A DNA stretch of 44,970 nucleotides from Escherichia phage vB_EcoP_C: sequence record NC_047807.1. One strand, given 5' to 3'. The translations under genes and the position numbers were made by a program. Position 1 is the stretch's first letter, and every line of letters begins with the position of its first letter. Below the pieces are notes generated by a model that saw only the letters and a program-made list of their open reading frames with translations, was not told the origin of the DNA and did not search any database. This document shows, piece after piece, positions 34,725 through 44,107 of this stretch.

Positions 34725-37270
34725 CAGTGTGTTTCCTTCCAACTTGCACCAATCTTATACTCACCTGCCATCGGACAACGCATCTTCAGGTACTGACCCG
34801 CCCAAGTCATTGCGTCGGCAATGATATGCCCTGCACGGTGATAGCGACGCTGGCAATGAAGTACACCAGCATCAGCATCAACGCTAACGAGATTTGCAGC
34901 AGACCACATACGTCCTTCAGAATCCACATGAACACGTTTCTCCTCTGCATCGAACACTGCTTTCACAGCAGCCTTCTCTGTTTCGAACCCTTCTAAGGTG
35001 AAAGGCAAGTCGTAGTTGAGATACAAGACCTCATCTTCAGGGACTTCCATCTGGATTTCATCGTGCACGTTAGCTATACCGCAAGGGTTTCCCATGCTAT
35101 CTAAGGCCACACCTTCCTTGCGCATCACTGCAAACGCCCTGACCAATGCGTATTTCATACACAGAGAACCAGTCATCTGGAGTAGTACGTTAAGCATAGT
35201 GTGCTCTTTAAGTTCACCACCAGACATACGGATGCGACCCCAATGACCATCAGGTGCTTGTAGGTAGCCAAACTTGTTACCTTGTGCGATAACATTCTCA
35301 CGAAGACGTGCAAGAGATGGTAGTTCAACCTCAAATCTTGCCACAACTTCCTCCATTTCTTCCTCAGTAACACCACATACTGCTGCAAGGTTAGCTATAC
35401 CAGACCCATATAGGAAGGCATATATAAATGTCTTCGCCATGTCACGCTTAGGAAGACCAGCCTTCATTTGATTATGGGTGTGAATGTCACCATGCAGTAC
35501 AATATCTTGATATTCAGGGTCATTCATGAAGTGAGACAGTACACGTAGTTCAAGACCAGCACCATCACAACCAAGGATTAGCTTACCTTTACCGGCTATG
35601 AATAAATCACGTAAAGGATACAAACCACGGGCAGGAATATTAACCACGTTACGATGACGCATACGGAACGTAGAAGTTCCAATACTAATAGCAATAGCTG
35701 GCACACGCCATTCTCCGTCATCCTTGTCTGACGTAGGCCAGCATCCGTACCTTTCGTAGTATTGCTGCGCATTGATTCCTAACTCCTTGTTAAATGCTAC
35801 AGGTACAAGGCCGCGACACTTTCGTATACCAGCTTGCGAAGGCCACACCCCCTTCTGGTCGAAGGCTTCAACGTCACCACGGTTGAGGATCTGACCACGA
35901 CGGGATACGAGTATGTACCATGCAGCGATACCCAAGCACCAATCAGGGACTGTTTTACCTTCACGTGCGGCTCTCTCTTGCCATAAAGTAAGGGACTTTT
36001 CATTTATCTTCCCACTCCAAGGCTTGGGTAATACGCCATGCTCATCGAGATGCGCTTGCTCGGTATCGTTAAATTCAACACCTTTCCATCCATAATCATA
36101 GAGCACTTGCTTAACTGTATCCCTGTTACCCAAGGGAATCTCTTCGAAAGTAACAGGCGAGTAAGCGCCAATCCACTTGATGCTTGGCGTGTCATTACGG
36201 TTTCCTCTAAGGTGAGGAAAGTCTTTCTTGACGCTAGCCGACCAATCACCAGACTTAGTAGTGACACTCCATACTGTCTTGCGATCTCCTCGTCTCTCGG
36301 CATGAAGAAAGTGTGAGGGGTCAAGGACAGTAGGTATATTGTTGCTAGCTCCATACTCATTTGCGCGTTGGCATACTTCATTCTTTTCTTCCGGTTTAAA
36401 AGGTTTAGACTTGATACGCATAGGCATGTGCGGACGGAACGCTGCGACTGTCTCATCAATCTTAGCGTCCAATTCCTCGCATCGTGCTAATGCTTTATCT
36501 ATATCCAGACGGAATCCACGCTCGGCCTGACGGCTCATCTCCAGCGCCACAATGGACTCCATGTGGAAGGCTGTCTCAATACCTAGGCCAGTGCGTTTAT
36601 TCACGCCACGGCGTTTGTGCTCCGTCCATTCTCCGTTAAATAGCCAGAGGAATAGGTCACGGCCTATCGCCACGTCCTCGCGTACACGATGTACCATGTG
36701 GTCAGTTAGTTTAGACCAATCCTCGTTCTCCGGCTTATAACGGCCTATACGAATGCCGTGCGCCTCAATTGAGTGAGGGGCTACGTTACCCATGCCTTTG
36801 GCGTATGCTTGCGGAGGGAGGCGTCTATCGGGGTTTAACAGGCGACTCATGACCAGCGTATCCATGACGCGTACCGGACACAGGTCAGCGCGGAGTCTGC
36901 CCTTGCCGCGTCTCTCGGTATAGTTAAAGCCTTTCCAGATATCAGGGAATGCTTTCTCAAATAGAAGGCCGTCGTACCCTAGGAAGTTCTGTGAGACGAT
37001 GGCTTCGCAGTGCTTAAGGAAGTTAACACCGTCAACCAATGTTCCATCTTGATGGCCTTCCCATTCTTTTAGGCGTTCTCTTGCTTCAGGGTCACGCATC
37101 TCGTATGGGTCAAAGAAGAGGAACTCCTCTGTAGTAAGCAAATCCATGCAGCAAATGATGTGCACATCTTCGCGGTGGCCATATCGGATAGCATCCAGCA
37201 GGCCTTTAGCCTCAGAATCCATCACTAAGATGCGGCCTTCTGCTTCCTTCTTCCAATCAATTGATTTCAT
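34724..37270 (-). CDS. DNA polymerase (T7 gp5-like family A), about 848 aa
   Basis: Pol A motif B region (KTFIYAFLYGSG) and 3'-5' exonuclease N-terminal region; track start is TTG, first ATG at 37270 has GGAG SD. Confidence 0.9.
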   Translation of the reverse strand: MKSIDWKKEAEGRILVMDSEAKGLLDAIRYGHREDVHIICCMDLLTTEEFLFFDPYEMRDPEARERLKEWEGHQDGTLVDGVNFLKHCEAIVSQNFLGYDGLLFEKAFPDIWKGFNYTERRGKGRLRADLCPVRVMDTLVMSRLLNPDRRLPPQAYAKGMGNVAPHSIEAHGIRIGRYKPENEDWSKLTDHMVHRVREDVAIGRDLFLWLFNGEWTEHKRRGVNKRTGLGIETAFHMESIVALEMSRQAERGFRLDIDKALARCEELDAKIDETVAAFRPHMPMRIKSKPFKPEEKNEVCQRANEYGASNNIPTVLDPSHFLHAERRGDRKTVWSVTTKSGDWSASVKKDFPHLRGNRNDTPSIKWIGAYSPVTFEEIPLGNRDTVKQVLYDYGWKGVEFNDTEQAHLDEHGVLPKPWSGKINEKSLTLWQERAAREGKTVPDWCLGIAAWYILVSRRGQILNRGDVEAFDQKGVWPSQAGIRKCRGLVPVAFNKELGINAQQYYERYGCWPTSDKDDGEWRVPAIAISIGTSTFRMRHRNVVNIPARGLYPLRDLFIAGKGKLILGCDGAGLELRVLSHFMNDPEYQDIVLHGDIHTHNQMKAGLPKRDMAKTFIYAFLYGSGIANLAAVCGVTEEEMEEVVARFEVELPSLARLRENVIAQGNKFGYLQAPDGHWGRIRMSGGELKEHTMLNVLLQMTGSLCMKYALVRAFAVMRKEGVALDSMGNPCGIANVHDEIQMEVPEDEVLYLNYDLPFTLEGFETEKAAVKAVFDAEEKRVHVDSEGRMWSAANLVSVDADAGVLHCQRRYHRAGHIIADAMTWAGQYLKMRCPMAGEYKIGASWKETH

Positions 37271-37475
37271 AGATTGCTCCAAAGTATTTAACCCTATAAC
37301 CAAGTCCTAATAAAGAATTAGGTGTTAGATGAGGATAGTTATATGCTAATTCATTGTGGTACTTATCAAACAAAGCAGCCTCTTTCTTAGACCTGCAATG
37401 CCCACACTTACCATCAATACGACTGCGATAACCTTTACCGCAAGAGCAAACCTTACTGACTTTAATAGCTTTCAT
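37257..37475 (-). CDS. Small Cys-rich (zinc-finger-like) protein, about 72 aa
   Basis: CxC...CxxC pattern (VCSCGKG...CGHCR); start moved to second ATG with GAGG SD. Confidence 0.5.
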   Translation of the reverse strand: MKAIKVSKVCSCGKGYRSRIDGKCGHCRSKKEAALFDKYHNELAYNYPHLTPNSLLGLGYRVKYFGAIYEIN

Positions 37476-37569
37476 ACATTGCCTCTGTTTCGTAGTAGTC
37501 ATCTGAACGTTCAGGTTTTGAGTTCATTGAATCTTGGAAATCCCAATCAGAATCATAATCACGTGGCAT
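37462..37569 (-). CDS. Small acidic protein (35 aa)
   Basis: Hand translation MPRDYDSDWDFQDSMNSKPERSDDYYETEAMYESY; strong GGAGG SD. Confidence 0.35.
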   Translation of the reverse strand: MPRDYDSDWDFQDSMNSKPERSDDYYETEAMYESY

Positions 37570-37600
37570 AATGCACCTCCAATCAATATGATGAAAGGCT

Positions 37601-37616
37601 GTCTCACGTGTGAGAC
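37601..37616. repeat. Perfect 16-bp palindrome GTCTCACGTGTGAGAC
   Basis: Copy of GTCTCAC-NN-GTGAGAC; intergenic. Confidence 0.8.
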
Positions 37617-37626
37617 AACCCTTTAC

Positions 37627-37836
37627 TTATCGACTGCGTGTTACAGTTAATTTCTGGCCCATGTATTTGCCTTGGTGTGGCTCCCAAGTTGCCTCTTTGA
37701 TAACTTGCTCGCGCGTCAGGCTATTCTTCTTGGCCTCAGCCATAGTTAACTGTGCGAACAGGAAGGCTTGGTTAGTAATCTTGGCTTGCAGGTCTTCATG
37801 ACCATCGAACATTTTAAGACTATGTTTATTCTGCAT
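37627..37836 (-). CDS. Hypothetical protein (69 aa)
   Basis: ORF track; ATG start. Confidence 0.5.
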   Translation of the reverse strand: MQNKHSLKMFDGHEDLQAKITNQAFLFAQLTMAEAKKNSLTREQVIKEATWEPHQGKYMGQKLTVTRSR

Positions 37837-38044
37837 GTTTCACCATAAAGCTGCCGATTACATTAAACTCCTCACGGAACTCTTTTTCAGTCAAATGACC
37901 GAAAAGTTCCATCTGAAAACTTGCACTAAGACTGGCACCTATTAATGCAAACCCCTTTGAAGTACCATAGGGCTTAACACCATCTGGTGCTACAACTGCA
38001 TAGCATTTATGAGGTCCACGCATATAAATTAATACCTTAGTCAT
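37826..38044 (-). CDS. Hypothetical protein (72 aa)
   Basis: ORF track; strong TAAGGAG SD. Confidence 0.55.
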   Translation of the reverse strand: MTKVLIYMRGPHKCYAVVAPDGVKPYGTSKGFALIGASLSASFQMELFGHLTEKEFREEFNVIGSFMVKHAE

Positions 38045-38054
38045 GATTAACTCC

Positions 38055-38738
38055 TTAGATATTCACGTATGTTTCTTCAGTAACGATAGGTAGGTACAGT
38101 AATTCTTCACCATTTAAGATGTGAAGACCTTTCAACCCTTGCTTACGAATAATGCCTTCTATAGTGTCGGCAAAATGCTTATTAATTACACGTCGTTGCG
38201 TACCTTGTTCTGTGATTGCATGGTCAACATCCATGATTCGCACAGGTACATTTGGATGCATCATGGCTTCTCCAATCTTTACCATAGCTTGTCCTGTGGA
38301 TTTACCCAATGCACGAGTATTAAACTGTGTAACACCTAATGCAGTGCCACATTGCTTAATCATCTCACTTTGAGTCTTACCAGTGATTACATTGCGACGC
38401 TCTTTCTTGAGTGTGGTTTTCTTTTCTGCCATGTACTCTGCTAGTGTTTGAGGACCAGCACCATAATAAAGAGGAGCTAGGAAATTCTTAAGCATCTGGC
38501 GAGCACATTTATCGCAAACCTCATCATGTATGCACTTACATTGATTGTTTATCTCTACAATCTTTTCAAGATATTTATGTGCTGTCTTCTTGTGGTAATA
38601 TTGCTTAACACCACTGCGATATTCTACATAATACAGGTTCTCACCTACAAAGGTTACAACACCACGGCAAAGATAGCGACTTGAAACTTTCTTGATGTTG
38701 CGTACAAAGTCACCTACATTCAACACTAAGTTATACAT
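38055..38738 (-). CDS. Hypothetical protein with Cys cluster (about 227 aa)
   Basis: ORF-track frame, start moved to ATG at 38738 (GGAG SD); CKCIHDEVCDKC cluster. Confidence 0.6.
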   Translation of the reverse strand: MYNLVLNVGDFVRNIKKVSSRYLCRGVVTFVGENLYYVEYRSGVKQYYHKKTAHKYLEKIVEINNQCKCIHDEVCDKCARQMLKNFLAPLYYGAGPQTLAEYMAEKKTTLKKERRNVITGKTQSEMIKQCGTALGVTQFNTRALGKSTGQAMVKIGEAMMHPNVPVRIMDVDHAITEQGTQRRVINKHFADTIEGIIRKQGLKGLHILNGEELLYLPIVTEETYVNI

Positions 38739-38777
38739 AATCAATCTCCAGTTATTTAATGTACTTAATAAGAGCCT

Positions 38778-38793
38778 GTCTCACAGGTGAGAC
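38778..38793. repeat. Perfect 16-bp palindrome GTCTCACAGGTGAGAC
   Basis: Copy of GTCTCAC-NN-GTGAGAC; intergenic. Confidence 0.8.
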
Positions 38794-38810
38794 AAGCCCT
38801 GATAAATACA

Positions 38811-38972
38811 CTAGATAAGGCGTGTTACAATAAAGAACATTGACATAAGAAAACCAGATGCAACGATAAGTTTCACAGCTTTCTTGAATCCATATCGTGC
38901 AGCATAATCTGCGATCACAAGCATGAATAGGATCTCAATACCGATATTCAATACTGGTTTAATAATTTCCAT
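38811..38972 (-). CDS. Small membrane protein (53 aa), translationally coupled to primase/helicase
   Basis: Hand translation MEIIKPVLNIGIEILFMLVIADYAARYGFKKAVKLIVASGFLMSMFFIVTRLI; ATG overlaps helicase stop (TAATG). Confidence 0.45.
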   Translation of the reverse strand: MEIIKPVLNIGIEILFMLVIADYAARYGFKKAVKLIVASGFLMSMFFIVTRLI

Positions 38973-40960
38973 TAAAACTCCTGTTCATCGTCAAAGGTTG
39001 TCTCTTCTATAGTGTCCGGTAAATCAGGTACTTCTTGTTGCCTTGCTTCACCTGTATCAAATGACTTAGTACGGGCTTGTGGTTCTAGCAGTCGGCCCGT
39101 AGCGATGTCACCCTTAAGCATAATCTTAGTACCAGAGTAAATCCCTTGATCCCTATCTTTAACACAGGAAATATAGGTAGTAGTTCGCTCATCTAGTGTC
39201 TCTGCCCTCGTGTTCCTTTCGATGCCCAAGGCATATGATGCCCAAAAGCCGATAGCGCCTGAGCCTCGGAAGTCAGAAAGGATAACCTCGCCACCTTCTT
39301 CGTGTTGGGTACGGTTTGCCGGAGGACGTGTAAGGTGAGAGACAAGGAATATAGTAACTGGGTGTCGGTCTTTGATAGTACCAATCCGCTTGACGCATTC
39401 ATCAAGTGCACCAACCTTCCCACCAAAAGCACGCTCATCTAATTTAATCCCCGTTAAGTTATCAATGATGATATTAGAAATGCCCATAGCCTCAAACTCT
39501 AGGCAAGTTTGCTCTACCTTCTCCATAGAATAGTCGCCTTCTAGGTCAGCCACAAATAGCTTTCCTGTATCAGCCACATAATCAATGGCAGCGTTAGCTT
39601 CTTCCTCGGTGTAGTCGAACACCTCACGGTATCCGTCTTCTTTCGGGTCGTTGGTTGGCGGTAACTCAATACGCTTATCAATCCACTTGCCGATAAAAGC
39701 ACGGGACACCTTGACCATTGGGTCTTCTGTAGAAATGATGCCTACAGATTCACCGTGTTCTTCAATGAGGTGCTTAACCACTTCGCGAAGGAACTCAGTC
39801 TTACCTACACCAGAGCCTGCACCTACAATGATAAGCTGGTTCTTACGAATACCTAGCGTTACCTTGTTCAGCTTAGGCCAAGGCCATGATAACCCTTGCT
39901 CTGGACGTGCAGCCTTGAGCTTATCCCTTTGAGATGCGATAGATTTAATCTGGCTACCAAAGACTTCATCAGATGACTTGGCATTAAACCAAGCATCAAC
40001 AAACTCTTTAGCCTTGCCAGCCATCAATGCCTTGTTAGCATCTTTGCAACCAGAGGGATATTCGAGGATGTAGGATTTGCCAGGAAACAGGCGAGCAGCT
40101 TGTTGGTTCTGCTTCTGCCCTACCTCATCCCCATCAAAACCCCATATAATCTTCTTGAATTGGGCGATATGCTCACGGTTCTGCACTATCTCTTCAAGGC
40201 AAGACTCGCCTTTGTTGACAGACCATACATGGTATGGCTGGCCTTCCCACTTAGTACCCTTGGCAGAATCAAGGAGCATCTGCTGCGCTGCTAGTGCATC
40301 AAGTTCACCACCTACAATAAGCAAGCAATCCTTTCGTCTCCCCTTGTCTAACACGTGAGACAAAGTATTCATACCGAAAAGATCTTGCATACCAAAGAGT
40401 TTACCTAAATGACCAAACTTAAAATCTTTAGGTAATGTGCGACACTTAGCGCCTACTAGCTCACCTTTTTCGAAGCGTGGATAGTAATGCCGTGAGACTC
40501 TACCCTCTTCATCGTGCCCAACACGTACATCATACAATGCGCAAATGTCGCCGCGAATGTGTCTGGAAACAAGGTTCTTACGCTTAAGCGTGAGGAACCA
40601 TTCAACATCAAGTTTCCACTCTGCTTCTTGCTCTGCCCTTTCTTGTTCATTCATGACCTCCCAACGGTCTTTCATACGCATACCACCAAGTGCGATGGCG
40701 CGTAGCTTAGGGTCGCTAATCTTCCCTTCCTTCTCCATCTCTTTAAACTGAGAAGGTGTATATTTGATGTTTCCAGTGATAGGTAACTCTGTTATCTCGA
40801 TGCCACCTTCCGGCTTATGGTAGTAGGGTCTGCCATTATCATGGAAGTGACCACGGTTACAGTATCCTGCCCCGTCGTCAAAGATCATTAAATGATTGCC
40901 AGTAATATCATGTCCGTTCTTTTGGCAAGCAGGACACGGTACATTCTGAATAATAGCCAT
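38972..40960 (-). CDS. DNA primase/helicase (T7 gp4-like), 662 aa
   Basis: N-terminal Cys4 zinc motif (CPACQ...CNRGH), Walker A GAGSGVGKT; acidic C-terminus ...DDEQEF. Confidence 0.9.
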   Translation of the reverse strand: MAIIQNVPCPACQKNGHDITGNHLMIFDDGAGYCNRGHFHDNGRPYYHKPEGGIEITELPITGNIKYTPSQFKEMEKEGKISDPKLRAIALGGMRMKDRWEVMNEQERAEQEAEWKLDVEWFLTLKRKNLVSRHIRGDICALYDVRVGHDEEGRVSRHYYPRFEKGELVGAKCRTLPKDFKFGHLGKLFGMQDLFGMNTLSHVLDKGRRKDCLLIVGGELDALAAQQMLLDSAKGTKWEGQPYHVWSVNKGESCLEEIVQNREHIAQFKKIIWGFDGDEVGQKQNQQAARLFPGKSYILEYPSGCKDANKALMAGKAKEFVDAWFNAKSSDEVFGSQIKSIASQRDKLKAARPEQGLSWPWPKLNKVTLGIRKNQLIIVGAGSGVGKTEFLREVVKHLIEEHGESVGIISTEDPMVKVSRAFIGKWIDKRIELPPTNDPKEDGYREVFDYTEEEANAAIDYVADTGKLFVADLEGDYSMEKVEQTCLEFEAMGISNIIIDNLTGIKLDERAFGGKVGALDECVKRIGTIKDRHPVTIFLVSHLTRPPANRTQHEEGGEVILSDFRGSGAIGFWASYALGIERNTRAETLDERTTTYISCVKDRDQGIYSGTKIMLKGDIATGRLLEPQARTKSFDTGEARQQEVPDLPDTIEETTFDDEQEF
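39002..39024 (-). promoter_or_regulatory. SP6-type phage RNAP promoter (ATTTACCGGACACTATAGAAGAG) inside 3' end of helicase gene
   Basis: Promoter family member. Confidence 0.7.
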
Positions 40961-40963
40961 AAC

Positions 40964-41092
40964 TTAGAACTCCCACGCTGCGCGTTTAGATGCACGGTCA
41001 CGGACAGGTTTATTCAGCTTCTTGCCTTTCTTCTGCCCTTCTTCCATGTCAAAACGGTTAGCTTTACGGGTCATCTTCTCAAAGTTACGCAT
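40964..41092 (-). CDS. T7 gp1.1-like small basic protein (42 aa)
   Basis: Hand translation MRNFEKMTRKANRFDMEEGQKKGKKLNKPVRDRASKRAAWEF; recalled similarity to T7 gene 1.1; GGAG SD. Confidence 0.55.
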   Translation of the reverse strand: MRNFEKMTRKANRFDMEEGQKKGKKLNKPVRDRASKRAAWEF

Positions 41093-41117
41093 GGTTAAAT
41101 CTCCAAAGTGAGTTAAT

Positions 41118-41140
41118 CTTATCTATACTGTCCGGTAAAT
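41118..41140 (-). promoter_or_regulatory. SP6-type phage RNAP promoter variant (ATTTACCGGACAGTATAGATAAG)
   Basis: Promoter family member with C to G change in the core (ACAGTATAG); 5 nt downstream of a palindrome. Confidence 0.5.
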
Positions 41141-41145
41141 ACGAA

Positions 41146-41161
41146 GTCTCACATGTGAGAC
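41146..41161. repeat. Perfect 16-bp palindrome GTCTCACATGTGAGAC
   Basis: Copy of GTCTCAC-NN-GTGAGAC; immediately upstream of promoter 41118-41140. Confidence 0.8.
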
Positions 41162-41301
41162 AACCTAGGTCTGCCCTTCCTCTGAGTGGTAATAAGAGGA
41201 AGGAAGAAGGTAATAGGTATTCCTAGATAACCTATATAACCTTTAATACCTATTACTTCCTTTATATCCTTTATCTTCCCTTTCTTTCCCGTCTCCGACG
41301 G

Positions 41302-41324
41302 CTATCCTATAGTGTCCGGTAAAT
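41302..41324 (-). promoter_or_regulatory. SP6-type phage RNAP promoter (ATTTACCGGACACTATAGGATAG)
   Basis: Promoter family member just downstream of RNAP gene; 3 nt from a palindrome. Confidence 0.7.
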
Positions 41325-41327
41325 AAA

Positions 41328-41343
41328 GTCTCACATGTGAGAC
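41328..41343. repeat. Perfect 16-bp palindrome GTCTCACATGTGAGAC
   Basis: Copy of GTCTCAC-NN-GTGAGAC; immediately upstream of promoter 41302-41324. Confidence 0.8.
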
Positions 41344-41416
41344 ACGTTTATGTTAATGAAATGTTACAGGTAGTAGGTAAAAGAAAGGCCACTCCCGAAG
41401 GAATGGCCTATTAATA

Positions 41417-44044
41417 TTATGCGAAGCAATAGTCTGAAACTAAGATTTCGTTAAGGTCAAACTCCCCTTGCTCTGGTACTTGTATTCCGGTGTCTACTAA
41501 CCAACGCTCTTCGTGCACATCTAGCAGGTTTTGCAGGGCATTATGGTTTTGATACATCTTAACCATTTCTTCCCTTAAGCTATCCCGCAGGTCTGCGGTA
41601 CGTCCTGCATGAGTACCGAAAGAATCATGGATGACTGCAATGGATGTAATACCTTTATCCACTAGGTCACATACAGTCAGAATCAGGTGGCTAGCATCGT
41701 GACCATGGACGAAGTTAGGAGCAGCCGCACCCATCATTGCCGTTTCATCAACTACATCTGTTTCAATCTGGAGACTCATCTTGATTTCACCCATCAAGCA
41801 AGTGGATACGCGGAGCATATCGGTAGCCATTATCTTTTGTTGCAAGATGAAGCCAGTTGGTAAGGGATATTCTAAGCCTTCGTTTCTTTTAGCTGCGAAA
41901 CGTGCAAGCTGACGAATCATTTTCATTGCCACTATAGGAGCTTTAACCACTTCCGAAATAGAAGGCCAGATTAAAGCTGTCATATAGTTATAAGCTGCGC
42001 TAGGTGTCAGGCTGTCTTTGCGGTCATTATCAAAAGGATGTACAGGATTGGCGGTACGCCCTTCCGCAATAGCCCGTTGGGCCTCTTTTTCTTCCAAATC
42101 AACGATATAATCAATCACTGATTCACGGCAGGTTAGACGTGTGCTGCCATAAGGTAGTGTCATTACAGGCTTTTTGGTCAGGCCGCGAGTGATTCCTATC
42201 ATATCCCACGCACTAGCCATGCTACGAAGTTCTGCACCTGTTAAAGTCACGCTGCCAGAAGTGAAGGTTTCCGCATCCTCTGCATTCATGTATGCATAAT
42301 TCTTCTGAATTACTACCTGCGCAACGGCACCATAAATATCTTGAGGGGAGTCAGAGGGCTTAAGGTTTACCGCTTTCGCACCTACTGCATCGCGTAGCAT
42401 AGTACTGTAGTGCTGGATACCAGAACAACTACCATCTTGATGGACTGGGAGGTGCGTCATGAATTGGTCTTGCGTGCCTTCATCCAGTGCATCCAGATAA
42501 CGCGCATATTCAAAGCACCATGCAAGGAAGCCGTAAGGGGAGTCGGCATTTACCCATTGAGTGAAGGTCAGCGGATCCGCTGCAATGTCGCGGCACATGT
42601 CTTGAAATTCACTATCCAGCACGTTAGCGGTGCGCACGTCAAAAGTTTTCTTATCCCAACCCCAGTTATTAGCCCCGTTCACCAAAAACCACTTAAGCGC
42701 CTCAGCGCTATCAAGACGCTGCCCTTCGGTAAAACGGAGCAATGCCTTGCCTAAGTCGTTTGATTGCGGAGAGAGCGTGCTAGATTGCGCGTAGACGCGG
42801 CTGCGGCTGTCCAGAGCATACACGAAGTATATTGCGTCAAATTGGCTGTATTTACGGGCCTGCCCTACCATGCGGACGGTCGCCGCCGATTTGCTGCCGC
42901 GCTTAGTCTCAGCGGTATACAGCTTGGTGCATTCACCTTTCCAGTTGATGAAGGCTTGCCATTGTTCCGGTGTTAACATTTCTTTCAGTTCACGGCCTCG
43001 CAGGTGCTGGAACTCTAACGGCACCGGATTAGCTGGCTTGTTCTCACGGTCGATGAGTGGTTTAAAGGAAGGTACACCATAGCCGAGGTCTAGACGTATA
43101 ACGTCCTCCACAACCTGTAAAACCTCTTTATTAACCTGCCACTTAGTTGCCTGCAAAGCGTTAACAGCCTTATAAACGGCTGGCATTTGCTTTTTGGTCA
43201 GCTTGCGGACGTGCTCACGATTGCCTTTTACCAGACGAATACGGCTTGCTACTTTCTCAGTATGAAACCCACCGTTAAAAGGTGATACCCAAGGGCGGGG
43301 AGGTATAACGCAAGGTGCATAGGCAGGGCTGAGCTGCGCTACATGTTCCTTAAATGCAGTTATCCACTCGCCAACATGTTCACTGGTCTGTAAATAGTAA
43401 ACACCATGCTTTCCGCCGTTAGTGCGCAAGGTACGAAGGAAAACAGGTTGACCATTGAAGAATACACTATTCTCCAATATTTCGAGCAAGGTCATACCGA
43501 TTTGCAGCAAGGTGTCTTTAGGCCATGCCTCCCAACGGGAGAAATCCGCGTCACGGTCAGCAACAGATTTCTCAGCTACTACCGCTACGTTGTGCGCATG
43601 ACGATAAGATTTAGTCTTGCTAGCCTTAAGCGACTTCTTCACTTTCTCAAAGTACTTAGCTGCGTGACCTTCCAGCTTGCTAAAACGTACTTGGTCCTCG
43701 ATGCGGTCTGCTACATTCATAGCGATAGCTTGTAAGGTAACGTCTGTATTCAGCATATCCATAACGATTTTCATGGTGATATATGCTGCCACTTCGTTTC
43801 CTACGCAGTTAATGAAAGCTAATGCACGTGGTGCACGACCTCTCTTGCCTTCGTATTCTTCCTTGTAAGCCTGAATACCTTCCGCCATAGGTGTGATTAG
43901 TTCGGACAATAAGCGTCGATTCCATGCCGTGTCTGATTCATTACCGGATGCAATCTGGCGTTGTTGGTCCGCTTCAAAGCGACGGATACCGCCGTTAAAC
44001 ATTTCTTCTTCAAGTTGAAGTTGAATAGCGTGTAGGTCTTGCAT
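41417..44044 (-). CDS. Single-subunit DNA-dependent RNA polymerase (SP6-type), 875 aa
   Basis: N-terminus [32 protein letters not shown]... and overall sequence match recalled SP6 RNAP; T7-like catalytic motifs (HDSFGT) near C-terminus. Confidence 0.95.
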   Translation of the reverse strand: MQDLHAIQLQLEEEMFNGGIRRFEADQQRQIASGNESDTAWNRRLLSELITPMAEGIQAYKEEYEGKRGRAPRALAFINCVGNEVAAYITMKIVMDMLNTDVTLQAIAMNVADRIEDQVRFSKLEGHAAKYFEKVKKSLKASKTKSYRHAHNVAVVAEKSVADRDADFSRWEAWPKDTLLQIGMTLLEILENSVFFNGQPVFLRTLRTNGGKHGVYYLQTSEHVGEWITAFKEHVAQLSPAYAPCVIPPRPWVSPFNGGFHTEKVASRIRLVKGNREHVRKLTKKQMPAVYKAVNALQATKWQVNKEVLQVVEDVIRLDLGYGVPSFKPLIDRENKPANPVPLEFQHLRGRELKEMLTPEQWQAFINWKGECTKLYTAETKRGSKSAATVRMVGQARKYSQFDAIYFVYALDSRSRVYAQSSTLSPQSNDLGKALLRFTEGQRLDSAEALKWFLVNGANNWGWDKKTFDVRTANVLDSEFQDMCRDIAADPLTFTQWVNADSPYGFLAWCFEYARYLDALDEGTQDQFMTHLPVHQDGSCSGIQHYSTMLRDAVGAKAVNLKPSDSPQDIYGAVAQVVIQKNYAYMNAEDAETFTSGSVTLTGAELRSMASAWDMIGITRGLTKKPVMTLPYGSTRLTCRESVIDYIVDLEEKEAQRAIAEGRTANPVHPFDNDRKDSLTPSAAYNYMTALIWPSISEVVKAPIVAMKMIRQLARFAAKRNEGLEYPLPTGFILQQKIMATDMLRVSTCLMGEIKMSLQIETDVVDETAMMGAAAPNFVHGHDASHLILTVCDLVDKGITSIAVIHDSFGTHAGRTADLRDSLREEMVKMYQNHNALQNLLDVHEERWLVDTGIQVPEQGEFDLNEILVSDYCFA

Positions 44045-44107
44045 CTTGTTTACTCCTAGTGAAAGAAACCTTAATAGGTGACACCTAAGAAGATGCCACC
44101 GATAAGG

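Noticed and set aside
37257-37502. ORF-track start of the Cys-rich small protein at 37502
   Set aside because: That start would overlap the upstream small acidic ORF extensively; the second ATG at 37475 has a properly spaced GAGG ribosome-binding site.
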